DNA from: Vulcanimicrobiota bacterium
Lineage (GTDB): Bacteria > Vulcanimicrobiota > Vulcanimicrobiia > Vulcanimicrobiales > Vulcanimicrobiaceae
Direction of reading: 5' to 3'
Assembly (NCBI GenBank): GCA_963777315.1
Contig: CAVZQC010000004.1
Coordinates: 864,001-928,000, forward strand
DNA: 64,000 bases
Every line of letters starts with the position of its first letter. The stretch's first letter is position 1. A model generated the notes under the pieces. That model searched no databases, had not been told where the DNA came from, and worked only from the letters and a program-made list of their open reading frames with translations. Below, piece after piece: positions 20,350-31,281 of this stretch. The translations under genes were made by a program, and so were the position numbers.

Positions 20350-22788
20350 GCCTCCGTATGCAGTTCCAATAGACAAAAGCCGCGTCGGCTGACTTGAACC
20401 GGAATCCCCTCGCGCAGCCGCGGTCCCTCGAAGCCGGGCTGTTCCACCCATTCTCCTCGCAGCGTATTGTACACGCGCAGCAGATAGCGATCGCGCAGAG
20501 CGTCGGCGCGGAAGCTCAGCGACGTCGTCACCGTGCGATCGCGCGTGTTGCCGATAAAAATTACCGTGCGGTCCGCGCGCTGGAGCGCCACGCGGATGAC
20601 GCTGTCTCCGCTCACGTGCACCAGCTCGCTCACGTCCTGCTCGAATTCCCGCTCCTGGTCCACCGACGGAAACGGGTGGTTGGCGTAGATGCGCAGCGCG
20701 TCCAACCGCACGACGAACCACGAAACTTCCCGCCCGCGCAAATGCAGATTGCGCACGCCCATCCAGCTCCACCCGTTGGCCGGACGCGGATTGAGCGTGG
20801 GCGGGTTCACGCTGATGTCCAAGCCTGCGGCGCCCTCGATGGCGGCCCACAAATACTTGGGCGCGAACCACGGCGAGAGCATCATGCCTTGATTGGTGAG
20901 CGTTTCACCGTGCAGCCACTCCGAAAACTGTCCCGGCACCGTGTTGTTGCGCCGCGGGTCCTGCGAGTAGTGCTCGAAACTCACCGACAGTGCGTACGCC
21001 ATGAATTCCGGATTGAACGCGGCGGCTGCGAATGCGAACCAGAACGTCGGTCCGGCCCAAACGCCGCCCAGCAGCCCGTATCCGTGCGTCGGGCCGTAAT
21101 TGATGTCGTTGCGCGGCACGGTGTGCAGCCCCGCCTCGCTCCAAAACTCCGGTATGCTCAAACGCGCGATGATATTGGCGGCCACGTCGTGCTCGGCCAC
21201 CCCGAACATCACCGGAAAGACCAAATCGCACGTCACGTCGGTACGCGGCGTGCCGTCTAAGTCGATGTTGAGATAGTACAGGTTGCGGTTCTTGTCGAGC
21301 AGATGCTCGTTGATTGCAGCCCGCAGCGCATCCGCCTGGTCGTCAAAATAGCGCGACTTCTCGTGGTCGGCCATCTCGCGCGACATCGTGGCCATCGTGC
21401 GCAGCGCAGCGTAGCATTCCGAGTTTACCTCGGTGGTTGCGCCGGAAAGCCGGTAGCCTTTGATGACGTTGCGCCACCCGACGATTCCCCAGTCCGCGGT
21501 TCCGTCGGCGGTGCACCATACGAGACCCTTGTCGTTGCGTTGAGACAGGATGTAGCGTGCGGCGCGTTCGGCTTTGGGATACACGTACTGCAAAAAGTCG
21601 CGATCGCCGGTAATGCCGTAATGATGCCACAGCGCCAGAATGAGCAGGGGAGTGTCGTCGTTGATGTTCAAGCCGTAGTCTTCGGACTTGCCGTTGCGTA
21701 TGTCGAAGTACTCGACCACCATGCCGTTTGGTTCGAGATGATCCGCGTACCACAGCAGCGACTCCCGCGCAAAATGCGGCGTAATGTAGTCGGCGCCGAA
21801 AGCAAACCAGGCCGTATCGCGCGAAACGCTGTTGTTCGAGCGGGTCGGGTCGTTGACGAAACACCAGCCCTGCGAGGTAAGCGACTGCGCGCGAAGCATG
21901 TTGGCCTTGGCCCACAGCGCGCCGCGGTTGACTTGCGCGTCCGGGGTGACGACCACTGCGCGGCGCAGAACGGCATCGTAGTGCTCTCGCGTGCGCGTCA
22001 GGGCCTCCTGCGCGGTGGGCAAACTCCTCAACGACTCGCGAGCGCCTTCTAGGCCGTGCATGGAAAACGTCAGCACGAGGTAAAACGCGGCGTGCTGTCC
22101 GGGCTTGAGCCGGTGCTGCAAGTGAAAAATTCCGATCGGATCGTCCGATGAGTCCAGCGTCGTGTTTGAAAGCTCGCCCGGAAACTGCGCCGCACTGGTC
22201 TTCGCGCTGTCCAGCGTAGCCTCGTAGTCTGTTGGGCCGCACCGAACACGCTGCCATGCGCACGAGCTCGGGCTGCTCTTGATTGCGCACGACGAACGCA
22301 TGCTTTGAGGCATCGTACGCAGTCTGCGTTCCGCTGCCGAAATCGCCTCGAAGCCGCAGCGATGCGTAGGTCGCGACGTCGACCGGTTCGGTGCCGTCGT
22401 TGCGCAGCTGCACGGTGTAATAGGCGCCCGGGGGATCGACGGCGTGCCCGTTCGGGCCTTGCGGCTGCCCGCTGAGAATGAAGATATCCTCGCACACCGT
22501 GATGCCGTTGACGAGTTGAAAGATGCGCTCCTGATGATCCGGATGGATGATGAACTGCCCGGGCCCGGGCAGCAGCGGAATGCCGCTGCCGGCATCCCAG
22601 TGATGCAGCACCAGCGTTCCGAACACGGCCAGTCCGGCTTCGCTCGAATACAACTTTTCCAGCGCTCCGGTCGCCTTGATCAGCACGGTGCCTTTGGGAG
22701 CGCCCAGCGTGCTGCCCACGGCCATTTCGCGATCGGAAATCTCGTATTTGGAGATTGCGTGGCCGGGACCGGAAATCGCGGCGATCAT
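20346..22788 (-). pseudogene. amylo-alpha-1,6-glucosidase/glycogen-debranching-like (alpha/alpha)6 glycoside hydrolase, +1 frameshift near 22234
   Basis: N-part MIAAISG...CSVRP and C-part TDYEATLD...SRDTAW...EVNSECY...QFSEW lie in different frames; ATGA overlaps at both ends. Confidence 0.75.
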
Positions 22789-23618
22789 AAGCTGCCCGAC
22801 TGCTTGCTCATGCCTCCGTCGATGACCAGCGAAGCACCGGTAACGTACCCGGCATCGTCGGAGGCGAGGTAAACGCACAGCGCGGCGATTTCCTGCGGTT
22901 TGCCCATGCGCCGCATCGGAATCTCGCTGAGCAGTTCGTCGTATTTTCCTTGCTGTTTCTTCAAGTTCGCGTCCATCGGCGTATCGATCGCTCCGGGGCA
23001 CACATTGTTGACCGTTATCCCGTACTGCGCCAGTTCCACGGCAATCGTTCGGGTGAGCATGCGTAAACCGCCTTTGGTCGCGCAATAAGCAGCGTTCGTC
23101 GGCATCGCGAGATCTTCGTGGACCGAAGAAATGTTGATGATGCGCCCGCCGCTCTTTTGCTGCGCCATCTGCCGGCCGGCAATCTGCGATCCCAGCCATG
23201 CCCCGGTCAAATTTACGGAAACGATCTCGGTATACACGTCCAGCGGCATTTCTAAAAACGGATACTTCTTTTCGATGCCGGCGTTGTTGACCATCACGTC
23301 GATTTTGCCGAAGCGCTGCACGGCAAAATCGATCATCTGCTGTACGTCGGCAGGCTTGCTCACGTCCGCGCCGATCGCGCAGGCACTCCCGCCGAAAGCT
23401 CGCAGCTCGCCAACCAAAGCGTTGGCAGGAGTTTGGTCGCCGTGATAGTCGATGACGATTTTGGCGCCTTCGCGCGCCATCGCGATGCAAATCGCTTTGC
23501 CGATTCCCGTATCGCCTCCGGTGACGATGGCGACTTTGTCGCGCAGGCGCATTCCGGTCTCCTGCGTCGTCTCGGCCTTTTCGACGCGCACGCCGAACAT
23601 CGACAGCAGGTTTTTCAC
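22785..23618 (-). CDS. SDR family glucose 1-dehydrogenase-like oxidoreductase
   Basis: TGGDTGIG, NNAG, SSVHE, YCATK, PGAIDTP; GTG 23618 (alternative ATG 23552). Confidence 0.92.
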   Translation of the reverse strand: MKNLLSMFGVRVEKAETTQETGMRLRDKVAIVTGGDTGIGKAICIAMAREGAKIVIDYHGDQTPANALVGELRAFGGSACAIGADVSKPADVQQMIDFAVQRFGKIDVMVNNAGIEKKYPFLEMPLDVYTEIVSVNLTGAWLGSQIAGRQMAQQKSGGRIINISSVHEDLAMPTNAAYCATKGGLRMLTRTIAVELAQYGITVNNVCPGAIDTPMDANLKKQQGKYDELLSEIPMRRMGKPQEIAALCVYLASDDAGYVTGASLVIDGGMSKQSGSL

Positions 23619-26600
23619 AGGAGGCCTCGGCGCAGAAGTACGACGCCGTATGTTGCCGTCACGGCCGCAGCGGCCGCAACCGCGAGAACTGCGTAGCCCT
23701 GCGCTATGACTTTGCGGCGTTTGGCGCGGTGATCGGGCATGAACCGCAGTTCGGGGTATGCGTCGTCGCGATCGAAGCCGCGGTCGTCCAAGGCTATCTT
23801 CATCACTTCGGCCGGATGCAGCGCTTGCCGCTTCGTGGTTTGCATAATTTGCTCGCGGCAGCTGAACCCGTCGGCCACGACGATCGTCTGCGGCTTGGCC
23901 TCGCGCACTTTGGGCAGCAGCACGCGCTCCCCGCACTTGACCGACATGTCGTAGTGGCTCTCCTCGAAACCGAACGCCCCGGCCATGCCGCAGCAACCGC
24001 TGTTGAGCTGCTCGTACTGCAGGTCCATTTGCTCGAAGACGTGCGTCTCCGCCATCGGATCCAGCAGCGATTTTTTATGGCAGTGCTCGTGCACCACGGC
24101 GCGGCGGCGAAGTTTGGGGGGCTTGTACTGCAGCTGCTGCTCGGCCTTTTTGTTCAAAAACGTTTCGAACATGTAGCATTGCTGGGACAGCCGGTGCGCG
24201 TCCTGATCGTTGCCCAGCATGTTCTGCATCTCGTCTTTGAACACCGATAAACAGCTGGGCTCCAATCCAACCACCGGAACGCCTTGGCGAATGAGCGGCC
24301 GCAGATCGGCCAGAATAGCCTGCAGCTGACGTTTGGCCTGATCGAGCAAACCGTAATCGTACAGCGGTCGCCCGCAGCAGATTTGATTGGGCGGGACGAG
24401 CACCTCGTAGCCGGCGTCTTCGAGCACCTCCACCGCCGCCTGCGCCGTCTGCGGATGAAAATGCTCGTTCCACGTGTCGGTCCACAAAAGAACGCGATTG
24501 TCGAAACCCCGCGACGGCTGCGCGGGCCGGCGCGGACGGTTCTTGAACCATTGCCGGAACGTACGGCCCGCGAACATCGGTATCTCGCGCTCGGGCGCGA
24601 TGGAGCCGAGCTTCTTCGCGATCGTGCTGAACGGCGGGGCCTGCGTGAAGAAATTGGCAACCCCGGGCGCGAGCGCGGCGAGCTTTGCCCACCAGAACAT
24701 GTAGCCGAACAGCCACATGTGCAGCGGGCGCACTTTGCCTTTGAAATAGTGAAAGAGAAACTCCGCCTTATACGTGGCCATGTCGACGTTGACGGGACAT
24801 TCGTGCTTGCAGCCCTTGCATGCAAGGCAGTATTCCAGCGACTCTTTGACCGTTTCGTCCTTCCAGCCGTGTTTCATCGGATTGCCTTGCAGCATCTCGA
24901 ACAGCAGCCGCGCGCGCCCGCGCGTCGAATATTTTTCCTCTTTCGTCACCATGTAGCTGGGACACATGGTGCCTTTATCGTGTTTCCGGCACACGCCCGC
25001 GCCGACGCACCGGTTGGCCGCATAGGCGAAGCTGTGATGATCCTCACCCAGGGCAAATTTCGTGGGCGGATCCCAAGGCTGATAGTTGACGCCCCAGCGC
25101 AAGTGCGCGTCGATGGGATACGGCCGAACGACTTTTCCGGGGTTCATTTTGTTTTCGGGATCGAACGCGGTCTTGAACTCCCAGAACGCCTGTACCAAAT
25201 CATCGCCGAACATAATCGGCAGGAGCTCTGCGCGAATCTGCCCGTCGCCGTGCTCGCCGGAAATCGAGCCTTCGTACTTGACGACGATGTGCGCCATTTC
25301 CGTGACGAATTTGCGGTACTTGGCAATGCCGTCTTTGGTGAACAGGTCGAAGTTGATGCGGCAATGCACGCAACCCTGACCGAAGTGCCCGTAAATGGAC
25401 GCGAAGTAACCGTACTCCTGCATCTTGTGCTGAAAGTCGCGCAGGTAATCGCCCAGGTGTTCGGGCGCAACGGCGGCATCTTCCCATCCCGGGTAAAACT
25501 CCGGTTCGTTGGGGATTTTCGCGTTCACGCCCAGTCCGGCTTCACGCGTCTGGAAGATCTCCTCCATCGTGTGCGGATCGCTGGTAACGTCTGCGCCTTT
25601 GACCTTGTCGCTATGTTTTTTGATATCGTCGATCAGCTTGCGCCCTTTGGCTTCGACCTCGTCTTTGGTGTCGCCGCCGAATTGAATGACCAGCCACGCC
25701 CGCCCGTCGGGAAAAAGCTCCTCCTGCTGGTGCGGGTTCTTGCCTTTTTCATGCATGTGCTGAAACAGCGTTTCATCCATGCCCTCTATCGCATGCGGCA
25801 TGTAGGCGTTGCAAAACGCCACGTGATCGCCCGCAGCGGCGATGTCTTCAAAACCCAGCAAGGTTACGGCGGTGGTCTTGGGATTGGGCACGAGCACTAG
25901 GGTCAGCTCGAGAACGTGTACGCACGTGCCTTCCGTTCCCACGAGCGCACGGGCCACGTTGAAGCCGCTTTGCGGCGACAGCTGTTCCAAATTGTAGCCC
26001 GATACGCGGCGGGGAATCTGCGGAAATTTCTCGCGAACCAGCGCCTGATATTTCTCATGAATTTGCGCGAGCTTGGCGTAAATGTCAGCCTTGCGGCCGC
26101 CTTCGCGAACGATGGCTTCGCGCTCCCGTTCGCTGGTCGATCCCACGCACAGCCGCGTGCCGTCGTGCAGCAGAACTTCGGCTTGCTCGACGTTTTCTTC
26201 CATGCGGCCAGCGAACTGCGCGGGTATGCCGCAGGCGTTGTTGCCGAACATTCCGCCGATATTGCAGCGGTTGTGCGTCGACGGCGCGGGGCCAAACGTC
26301 AAACCGTGTTTTTGAGCGGCGTGCCGCAAGTCGTCCAGCACGACGCCCGGTTCCACTCTAGCGCGGCGGTTCTCGAGGTCGATCTCCAGGATGTGGTTCA
26401 TGTACTTGCTGTAGTCGAAGATCATCGCGACGTTGCAGCTCGCTCCCGTCAAGCTCGTGCCGCCGCCCCGCGGCGTTGCAGGCACGCCGTAGCGATGGGC
26501 GACCGCCATCGCGCGCTGCGCGTCGTCGGCGTCTTTGGGCAGCACCACGCAAATCGGGACCTGCCGGTAGTTGGCCGCGTCGGTAGAGTACATGGCGCGA

Positions 26601-26695
26601 TACGCGTCGCTGAAATGCACGTCCCCACGCACTGCGGCGCGGAGGTCGCGTTCGAGCGAACGAACGTCGATCTCGGGTTCGATGACCTCGATCAC
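23615..26695 (-). CDS. FAD-binding and (Fe-S)-binding oxidoreductase (D-lactate/glycolate dehydrogenase-like)
   Basis: RGGGTS, SGEHGDG, CVGAGVC and CLACKGCKHECP clusters, CCG motifs. Confidence 0.92.
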   Translation of the reverse strand: MIEVIEPEIDVRSLERDLRAAVRGDVHFSDAYRAMYSTDAANYRQVPICVVLPKDADDAQRAMAVAHRYGVPATPRGGGTSLTGASCNVAMIFDYSKYMNHILEIDLENRRARVEPGVVLDDLRHAAQKHGLTFGPAPSTHNRCNIGGMFGNNACGIPAQFAGRMEENVEQAEVLLHDGTRLCVGSTSEREREAIVREGGRKADIYAKLAQIHEKYQALVREKFPQIPRRVSGYNLEQLSPQSGFNVARALVGTEGTCVHVLELTLVLVPNPKTTAVTLLGFEDIAAAGDHVAFCNAYMPHAIEGMDETLFQHMHEKGKNPHQQEELFPDGRAWLVIQFGGDTKDEVEAKGRKLIDDIKKHSDKVKGADVTSDPHTMEEIFQTREAGLGVNAKIPNEPEFYPGWEDAAVAPEHLGDYLRDFQHKMQEYGYFASIYGHFGQGCVHCRINFDLFTKDGIAKYRKFVTEMAHIVVKYEGSISGEHGDGQIRAELLPIMFGDDLVQAFWEFKTAFDPENKMNPGKVVRPYPIDAHLRWGVNYQPWDPPTKFALGEDHHSFAYAANRCVGAGVCRKHDKGTMCPSYMVTKEEKYSTRGRARLLFEMLQGNPMKHGWKDETVKESLEYCLACKGCKHECPVNVDMATYKAEFLFHYFKGKVRPLHMWLFGYMFWWAKLAALAPGVANFFTQAPPFSTIAKKLGSIAPEREIPMFAGRTFRQWFKNRPRRPAQPSRGFDNRVLLWTDTWNEHFHPQTAQAAVEVLEDAGYEVLVPPNQICCGRPLYDYGLLDQAKRQLQAILADLRPLIRQGVPVVGLEPSCLSVFKDEMQNMLGNDQDAHRLSQQCYMFETFLNKKAEQQLQYKPPKLRRRAVVHEHCHKKSLLDPMAETHVFEQMDLQYEQLNSGCCGMAGAFGFEESHYDMSVKCGERVLLPKVREAKPQTIVVADGFSCREQIMQTTKRQALHPAEVMKIALDDRGFDRDDAYPELRFMPDHRAKRRKVIAQGYAVLAVAAAAAVTATYGVVLLRRGLL

Positions 26696-27810
26696 AGCGC
26701 GTACCTCTGCGCGTCTTGGCGCTTGAAGTCCAGGCCGATGCCGGGCCGCTCGAGATCCGGCGCTAGGCAGCCGTCCTTGGGATCCGGCGTTCCGTCGAAA
26801 AACATCCGTTCGATGCGCACGTGGTCGTAAAAGTACTCGACGTGGCGAAGCATCTTTGCCGCGCTCGCCGCGGGCAGCGTCACGTACGGGGCGCAGTGAC
26901 TCGAGAGCGGCATCATGTGCGCTTCGCACAGTCCGTCGACGGCAATGAACCCGCTGTAACCCCCGCATCGCGTGACGTCGGCCTGCAACACGTCCGCAGC
27001 CTGCGCGGCGATGATTTGCGCGAAATTGTACGGCGCAAAACCGTATTCGCCGTTGCTGATCTCCATGACCGCAGGCGCGTGTTCGCGCACCATGCAATTG
27101 CCTTCCAAATCGTTATGGTAGACCGGTTCCTCGTACCAGCAGACATTTTGCTCGGCGAAGAGGGCGGCCATCTCCAGCGCCTGTTTGCGCGCGTAGGCGC
27201 CGTTTGCGTCGACGAAGAGCTGCGCGCCGCTTCCGATCGCTTTGCGAGCGGCCGCTACGCGCTTGCCATCCTGCTCGGGTTCGCGTCCGATTTTCATCTT
27301 GACCCGCGGAATCTTCATCGCGTGCACCCAATGGCCGAGCTGTTCGCCAAGCTGCGCGATGCCGTACGATGTGAATCCGCCGCTGCCGTACACCGGCGTG
27401 CGGCTGCGCGCTGCCCCCAGCAGCACGCTCACGGGCGCTTCGAGTATGCGTCCCTTGAGGTCCCACAGCGCGATGTCGACCGCGGATATCGCCATCGACG
27501 TGATGCCTTCGCGCCCGTTGTTGCGTATTTTCGCGTACATGTCGGCATAGCGGGCGGCGGTTTGCAGCGCGTCGCGATGCAGGATCGCATCGCGCAGCAC
27601 ATCGGCGATAACTGCGGCGGCGGCGGCGTCCGCGTACGTGTAGCCGATGCCTTTCTTTCCGGCCGCCGCGACCTCGACGAGCACCATCGTCGTCGAGGTC
27701 CACTCGAGCGTGCCGTCCGATTCCTCCGGTTCTTGGGTCGGTATCTTGTACGCTTGCACGTCGATCGCTTCGATCGGACACTCCGCTCGAACCGCACCGG
27801 CGACGGGCAT
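26692..27810 (-). CDS. mandelate racemase/enolase superfamily protein
   Basis: VDIALWDL, KMKIG, VDANG, YEEP, GE, PGIGL. Confidence 0.9.
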   Translation of the reverse strand: MPVAGAVRAECPIEAIDVQAYKIPTQEPEESDGTLEWTSTTMVLVEVAAAGKKGIGYTYADAAAAAVIADVLRDAILHRDALQTAARYADMYAKIRNNGREGITSMAISAVDIALWDLKGRILEAPVSVLLGAARSRTPVYGSGGFTSYGIAQLGEQLGHWVHAMKIPRVKMKIGREPEQDGKRVAAARKAIGSGAQLFVDANGAYARKQALEMAALFAEQNVCWYEEPVYHNDLEGNCMVREHAPAVMEISNGEYGFAPYNFAQIIAAQAADVLQADVTRCGGYSGFIAVDGLCEAHMMPLSSHCAPYVTLPAASAAKMLRHVEYFYDHVRIERMFFDGTPDPKDGCLAPDLERPGIGLDFKRQDAQRYAL

Positions 27811-27811
27811 G

Positions 27812-29615
27812 CTATTCGCCCCTCTTTACGTGCTCTTCCGTCTTGTGCGGAATGACGCCGGCGAAGATTTGCTTGATCGACTCTTTGAGCATGCCGCCTT
27901 CTTGCGGGTCGCCTTGACGCGCGGCATTGAGGAAGTTTTCCGCCTGCTTCATCGAGATGTGCGGAGGCAGAGTGGCGACGTTGCCCGACGTGACGGCTTC
28001 GAACACCACCGGACGATCCGCGCTCAGCGCGTCGCGCCAGCCCCGTTCGACGTCCTCGGGCGATTTGACGCGAATGCCTTTGAAGCCCAAGGATTCCCCG
28101 AACGCGGCGTACGGAAAGTCCGGCAGCTGCTGGGTGCTCACGTTTTCGGGATTACCCGAAAGGATGCGCATCTCCCAAGTCACCTGGTTCAGATCCTGAT
28201 TGTTGAGCACCAAGAAAATGATCCGCGGATCGCTCCAGGTCTTCCAATACTTCTTGACCGTGAGCATCTCGTTCATCCCGTTCATTTGGAACGCGCCGTC
28301 GCCGGGCAACGCGATCACCACGCGATCCGGAAAGGCGAACTTCGCGCCGATCGCATAGGGGACCGCCGAACCCATCGTGGCCAGCGTGCCCGACAGCGAG
28401 ATCTTCATGCCGCGGCGCACCATGATGTGCCGGCCCAGCCAATTCGTCGGCGTTCCGGCATCGCCGGTGAGGATTGCGTTGGCGGGAACTTGATCGTTCA
28501 GCTCGGCGAACAGCAGACTGCGGATTGAGCGGGTCGGCGCTCTGATGCGCGCGCTCGCGCTCGACTTCGTACCACTCGTCCTTATTCTTTTTGATGCTCT
28601 GCCGCCACGAACCATCGTCCTTTTGGTTCAAATGCGGCAGCAGCGCGGACAGCGTGTCGGCCGCGTCGCCGATCAGGTTGACGTTGGTGGGATAGCGCAG
28701 CCCGATAAAACGCGGATCGATGTCGATCTGAACCGCCGGCACGGAGCCGTCTTTGGGCAGAAACTCCGCGTACGGGAAATTGGTTCCGACCATCAGCAGC
28801 GCGTCGCACTCGTTCATGATGTCCGAGCTGGGCCGCGTGCCCAACAGGCCGATCGTTCCGGTCACCCAGGGCAGGTCGTCGGGGAGCACGTCTTTGCCCA
28901 GCAGCGCCTTGGCGCAGCATGCCTGCAATTTGTCCGCAACGGCGACGATCTCGTCGGCTGCATTCTTCGACCCGGCGCCGACGATCATCGCGATCTTCGT
29001 TTGACCGTTGAGAATCTCGGCGGCGCGCTGCAAATCGTGCAGGCGCGGGATGATCATCGGCGCAGAATACCCAACGCCGCTGTGAATCGTGTTGTGCTTG
29101 CGGGCCGGCTCGGAGAAATCTTCTTCCTGCAGGTCTTTGGGAAAGATGACGGTCGCTACGCCGCGCATTCCCATTGCGACGCGGCACGCGCGATCGACGA
29201 TGTGCCTGGTGGAGCTCGGATTCATGATCGTGGCGTTGTAGTCGCTCACGTCCTTGAAGAGCGTCTGCAGATCGACTTCCTGCTGATACGAGCCGCCCAT
29301 CGCAGTCGTTGCCGCTTGGCCGACGATCGCCAGCACCGGGGCGTGATCGCCTTTGGCATCGTACAGACCGTTGAGCAGATGAATTGCGCCCGGCCCGGAA
29401 GTGGCCATGCAAACGCCCAGTTCGCCGGTGAACTTGGCATGCGCGCACGCCATGAACGCGGCCATTTCTTCGTGTCTGGCTTGGATGAACTGAATCTTGT
29501 CCGTAAAATCTTCCAGCGCTCCCAACATTCCGTTGATGCCGTCGCCGGGGTACCCATAGATGCGCTTTACGCCCCAGTCCACGAGCCGCTGCAGCAAAAA
29601 ATTGCTTGCTTTCAC
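27812..29615 (-). pseudogene. thiamine-pyrophosphate enzyme (pyruvate oxidase family), +1 frameshift near 28517
   Basis: GYPGDG, RHEE, TSGPG in one frame; LFAEL...GDGAFQMNG...NN in another frame. Confidence 0.85.
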
Positions 29616-29719
29616 AGGTTGTTTGTCCGCCTTTTACTGAGAGATATCTTCAGTCTTACCACGGGCGGTTGTACAGCAAACGACGCCCGGCGAGCGAGCG
29701 CGCGCTTCAGGTGAGGCGG

Positions 29720-30508
29720 CTACTGCGTCGAACCGATGCGGCGAATCAGCAGCACGAGCAGTCCGATGCCGAAGGCCCACGTGACGAAGCCTTCGGAAAC
29801 GGGCCCCCAGTTTGCCAGCTGCATGCCGCCCGGATTATATTTGGCGCGCTGCAGGTAGCGGATGTACGCGATCAGATCGTTCAGATGTGAATCGTCGATG
29901 ATCGCCGGCCCGAAGCGCGGCATCACGTCGGGTCCGGTGCGAACTGCTTCGGCGATTTGCAGCGGATCCGAGTCCATCAAGTCCGGAGCCACGTCGAGAT
30001 AGCCCACGGAATCCCCGCGTCCCGTGGCGGCGTGGCATTGCTGACAGTTTTCTTCATAGACTTCGCGTCCGCTGCGCAGCATGTCGTTCGAGGCGTGCGC
30101 AAGCGTGGGAATCTGCACCGACGGCAGCTTTCTGTTCCCGGAGGAGCGCGACATCACGAACTCGACCAGCGAATCGATCTGTGCCCGGTTGAATGTCGGC
30201 GCTTTCTGGTATTCCTGCTCGAACGGAACCGACGCCGGCATGCGGCCCGTGCGAAGCTGAAAATCCACCGACGCGGCATCCACGTCGATCAGCGGGGGTC
30301 CTTGCGCGGTGCCCTGCTCGTTCAAGCCGTGACAGGATGCGCAGTGCACGTTGAAGATCTGCTCGCCTTGCCGTAGATCCGCAATCGAGGGATGCTCGGC
30401 AAACGTCGGACTGCGCGTCGCGGCGGGCGTAGGGGTAACCAGCACGTTGCCCGAGGAGGGAACGGTCGCGCTCTGCATGAGGACGATCAACGCGTATGCC
30501 GCGATCAC
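29720..30508 (-). CDS. qcrC: di-heme cytochrome c subunit of the bcc complex
   Basis: CASCH and CQQCH, VDFQLRTGRMP, GP..MP, GPVSEG, C-terminal TM. Confidence 0.88.
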   Translation of the reverse strand: MIAAYALIVLMQSATVPSSGNVLVTPTPAATRSPTFAEHPSIADLRQGEQIFNVHCASCHGLNEQGTAQGPPLIDVDAASVDFQLRTGRMPASVPFEQEYQKAPTFNRAQIDSLVEFVMSRSSGNRKLPSVQIPTLAHASNDMLRSGREVYEENCQQCHAATGRGDSVGYLDVAPDLMDSDPLQIAEAVRTGPDVMPRFGPAIIDDSHLNDLIAYIRYLQRAKYNPGGMQLANWGPVSEGFVTWAFGIGLLVLLIRRIGSTQ

Positions 30509-31281
30509 GATTCGGCAGCCGCTCCGCCGCGTTCGGCGATTGCCCACGCCGCAGCCGTAAGCATGAAGGCCGTGAACAGCAAAAAACCGCCCGCGATCCA
30601 CATCACCGCGCCGCCGTTTTGCTGATCGGCCAATGCCAAACCGGGCGTTTGCTCCAGCAGATAATGCGGATAGAGCACTCCGCGCGCGGCGTAGATCGCA
30701 AGGCCCAAGAACGCGCCCTGCGGGATCGCCAAAAAGACGTATAACATCCGCGCCGGGAACGGCACCGGGCGCGGGACGTATCCCACCTGCACGACCACGC
30801 CCCAAAACAAAAACGCAGCCCCCAAAAACAGCACGTGCTCGACCACGTGCACGCCCGGATAGTCGAGTGCCGATTCGTACAGCGGTGAGAAATGCGATCC
30901 CCACAGCACCGCCACCATCGCCAGCCATCCGGTCAGCGGCGCAAAGATCACTTGCCCGAGGCCGCTGTGCGCGAAACCCGTAATGCGCCGGGCGACCCGC
31001 GCGGGCGGCACGGCAACGAGCAGCAGCAGGGGCGCGCCCAAAAGAATCAAGGGCGGCGCGATGAGCAGCAAAGTCACGTGCTGCACCATGTGCGAGGCAA
31101 ACGAACGCTCTGCCAGCGCATCGATCGGCGGCAACAGCGCCAGCGTGAGCAGTGTGACGCCCGCGACATATGCGGCGACGCGCGCAAAAGTAAACGCGCG
31201 ATCCGGAAAGCGTGCGTTATACGTTTTGACGGCCCACAGGTACGCGGCGATCGCGCCCGTGCCCAGCGCGATTGCAATCAC
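30505..31281 (-). CDS. ctaG: cytochrome c oxidase assembly factor (CtaG type)
   Basis: HMVQH..L..IAPP, H..EH, DQQ.GG..MW. Confidence 0.85.
   Translation of the reverse strand: MIAIALGTGAIAAYLWAVKTYNARFPDRAFTFARVAAYVAGVTLLTLALLPPIDALAERSFASHMVQHVTLLLIAPPLILLGAPLLLLVAVPPARVARRITGFAHSGLGQVIFAPLTGWLAMVAVLWGSHFSPLYESALDYPGVHVVEHVLFLGAAFLFWGVVVQVGYVPRPVPFPARMLYVFLAIPQGAFLGLAIYAARGVLYPHYLLEQTPGLALADQQNGGAVMWIAGGFLLFTAFMLTAAAWAIAERGGAAAES

Noticed and set aside
24284..25900. Long antisense and alternate-frame ORFs (for example 24284-25900, 37102-38664, 7491-8531)
   Set aside because: Shadow ORFs of GC-rich genes, Arg/Ala-rich or motif-less, overlapping well-supported CDSs
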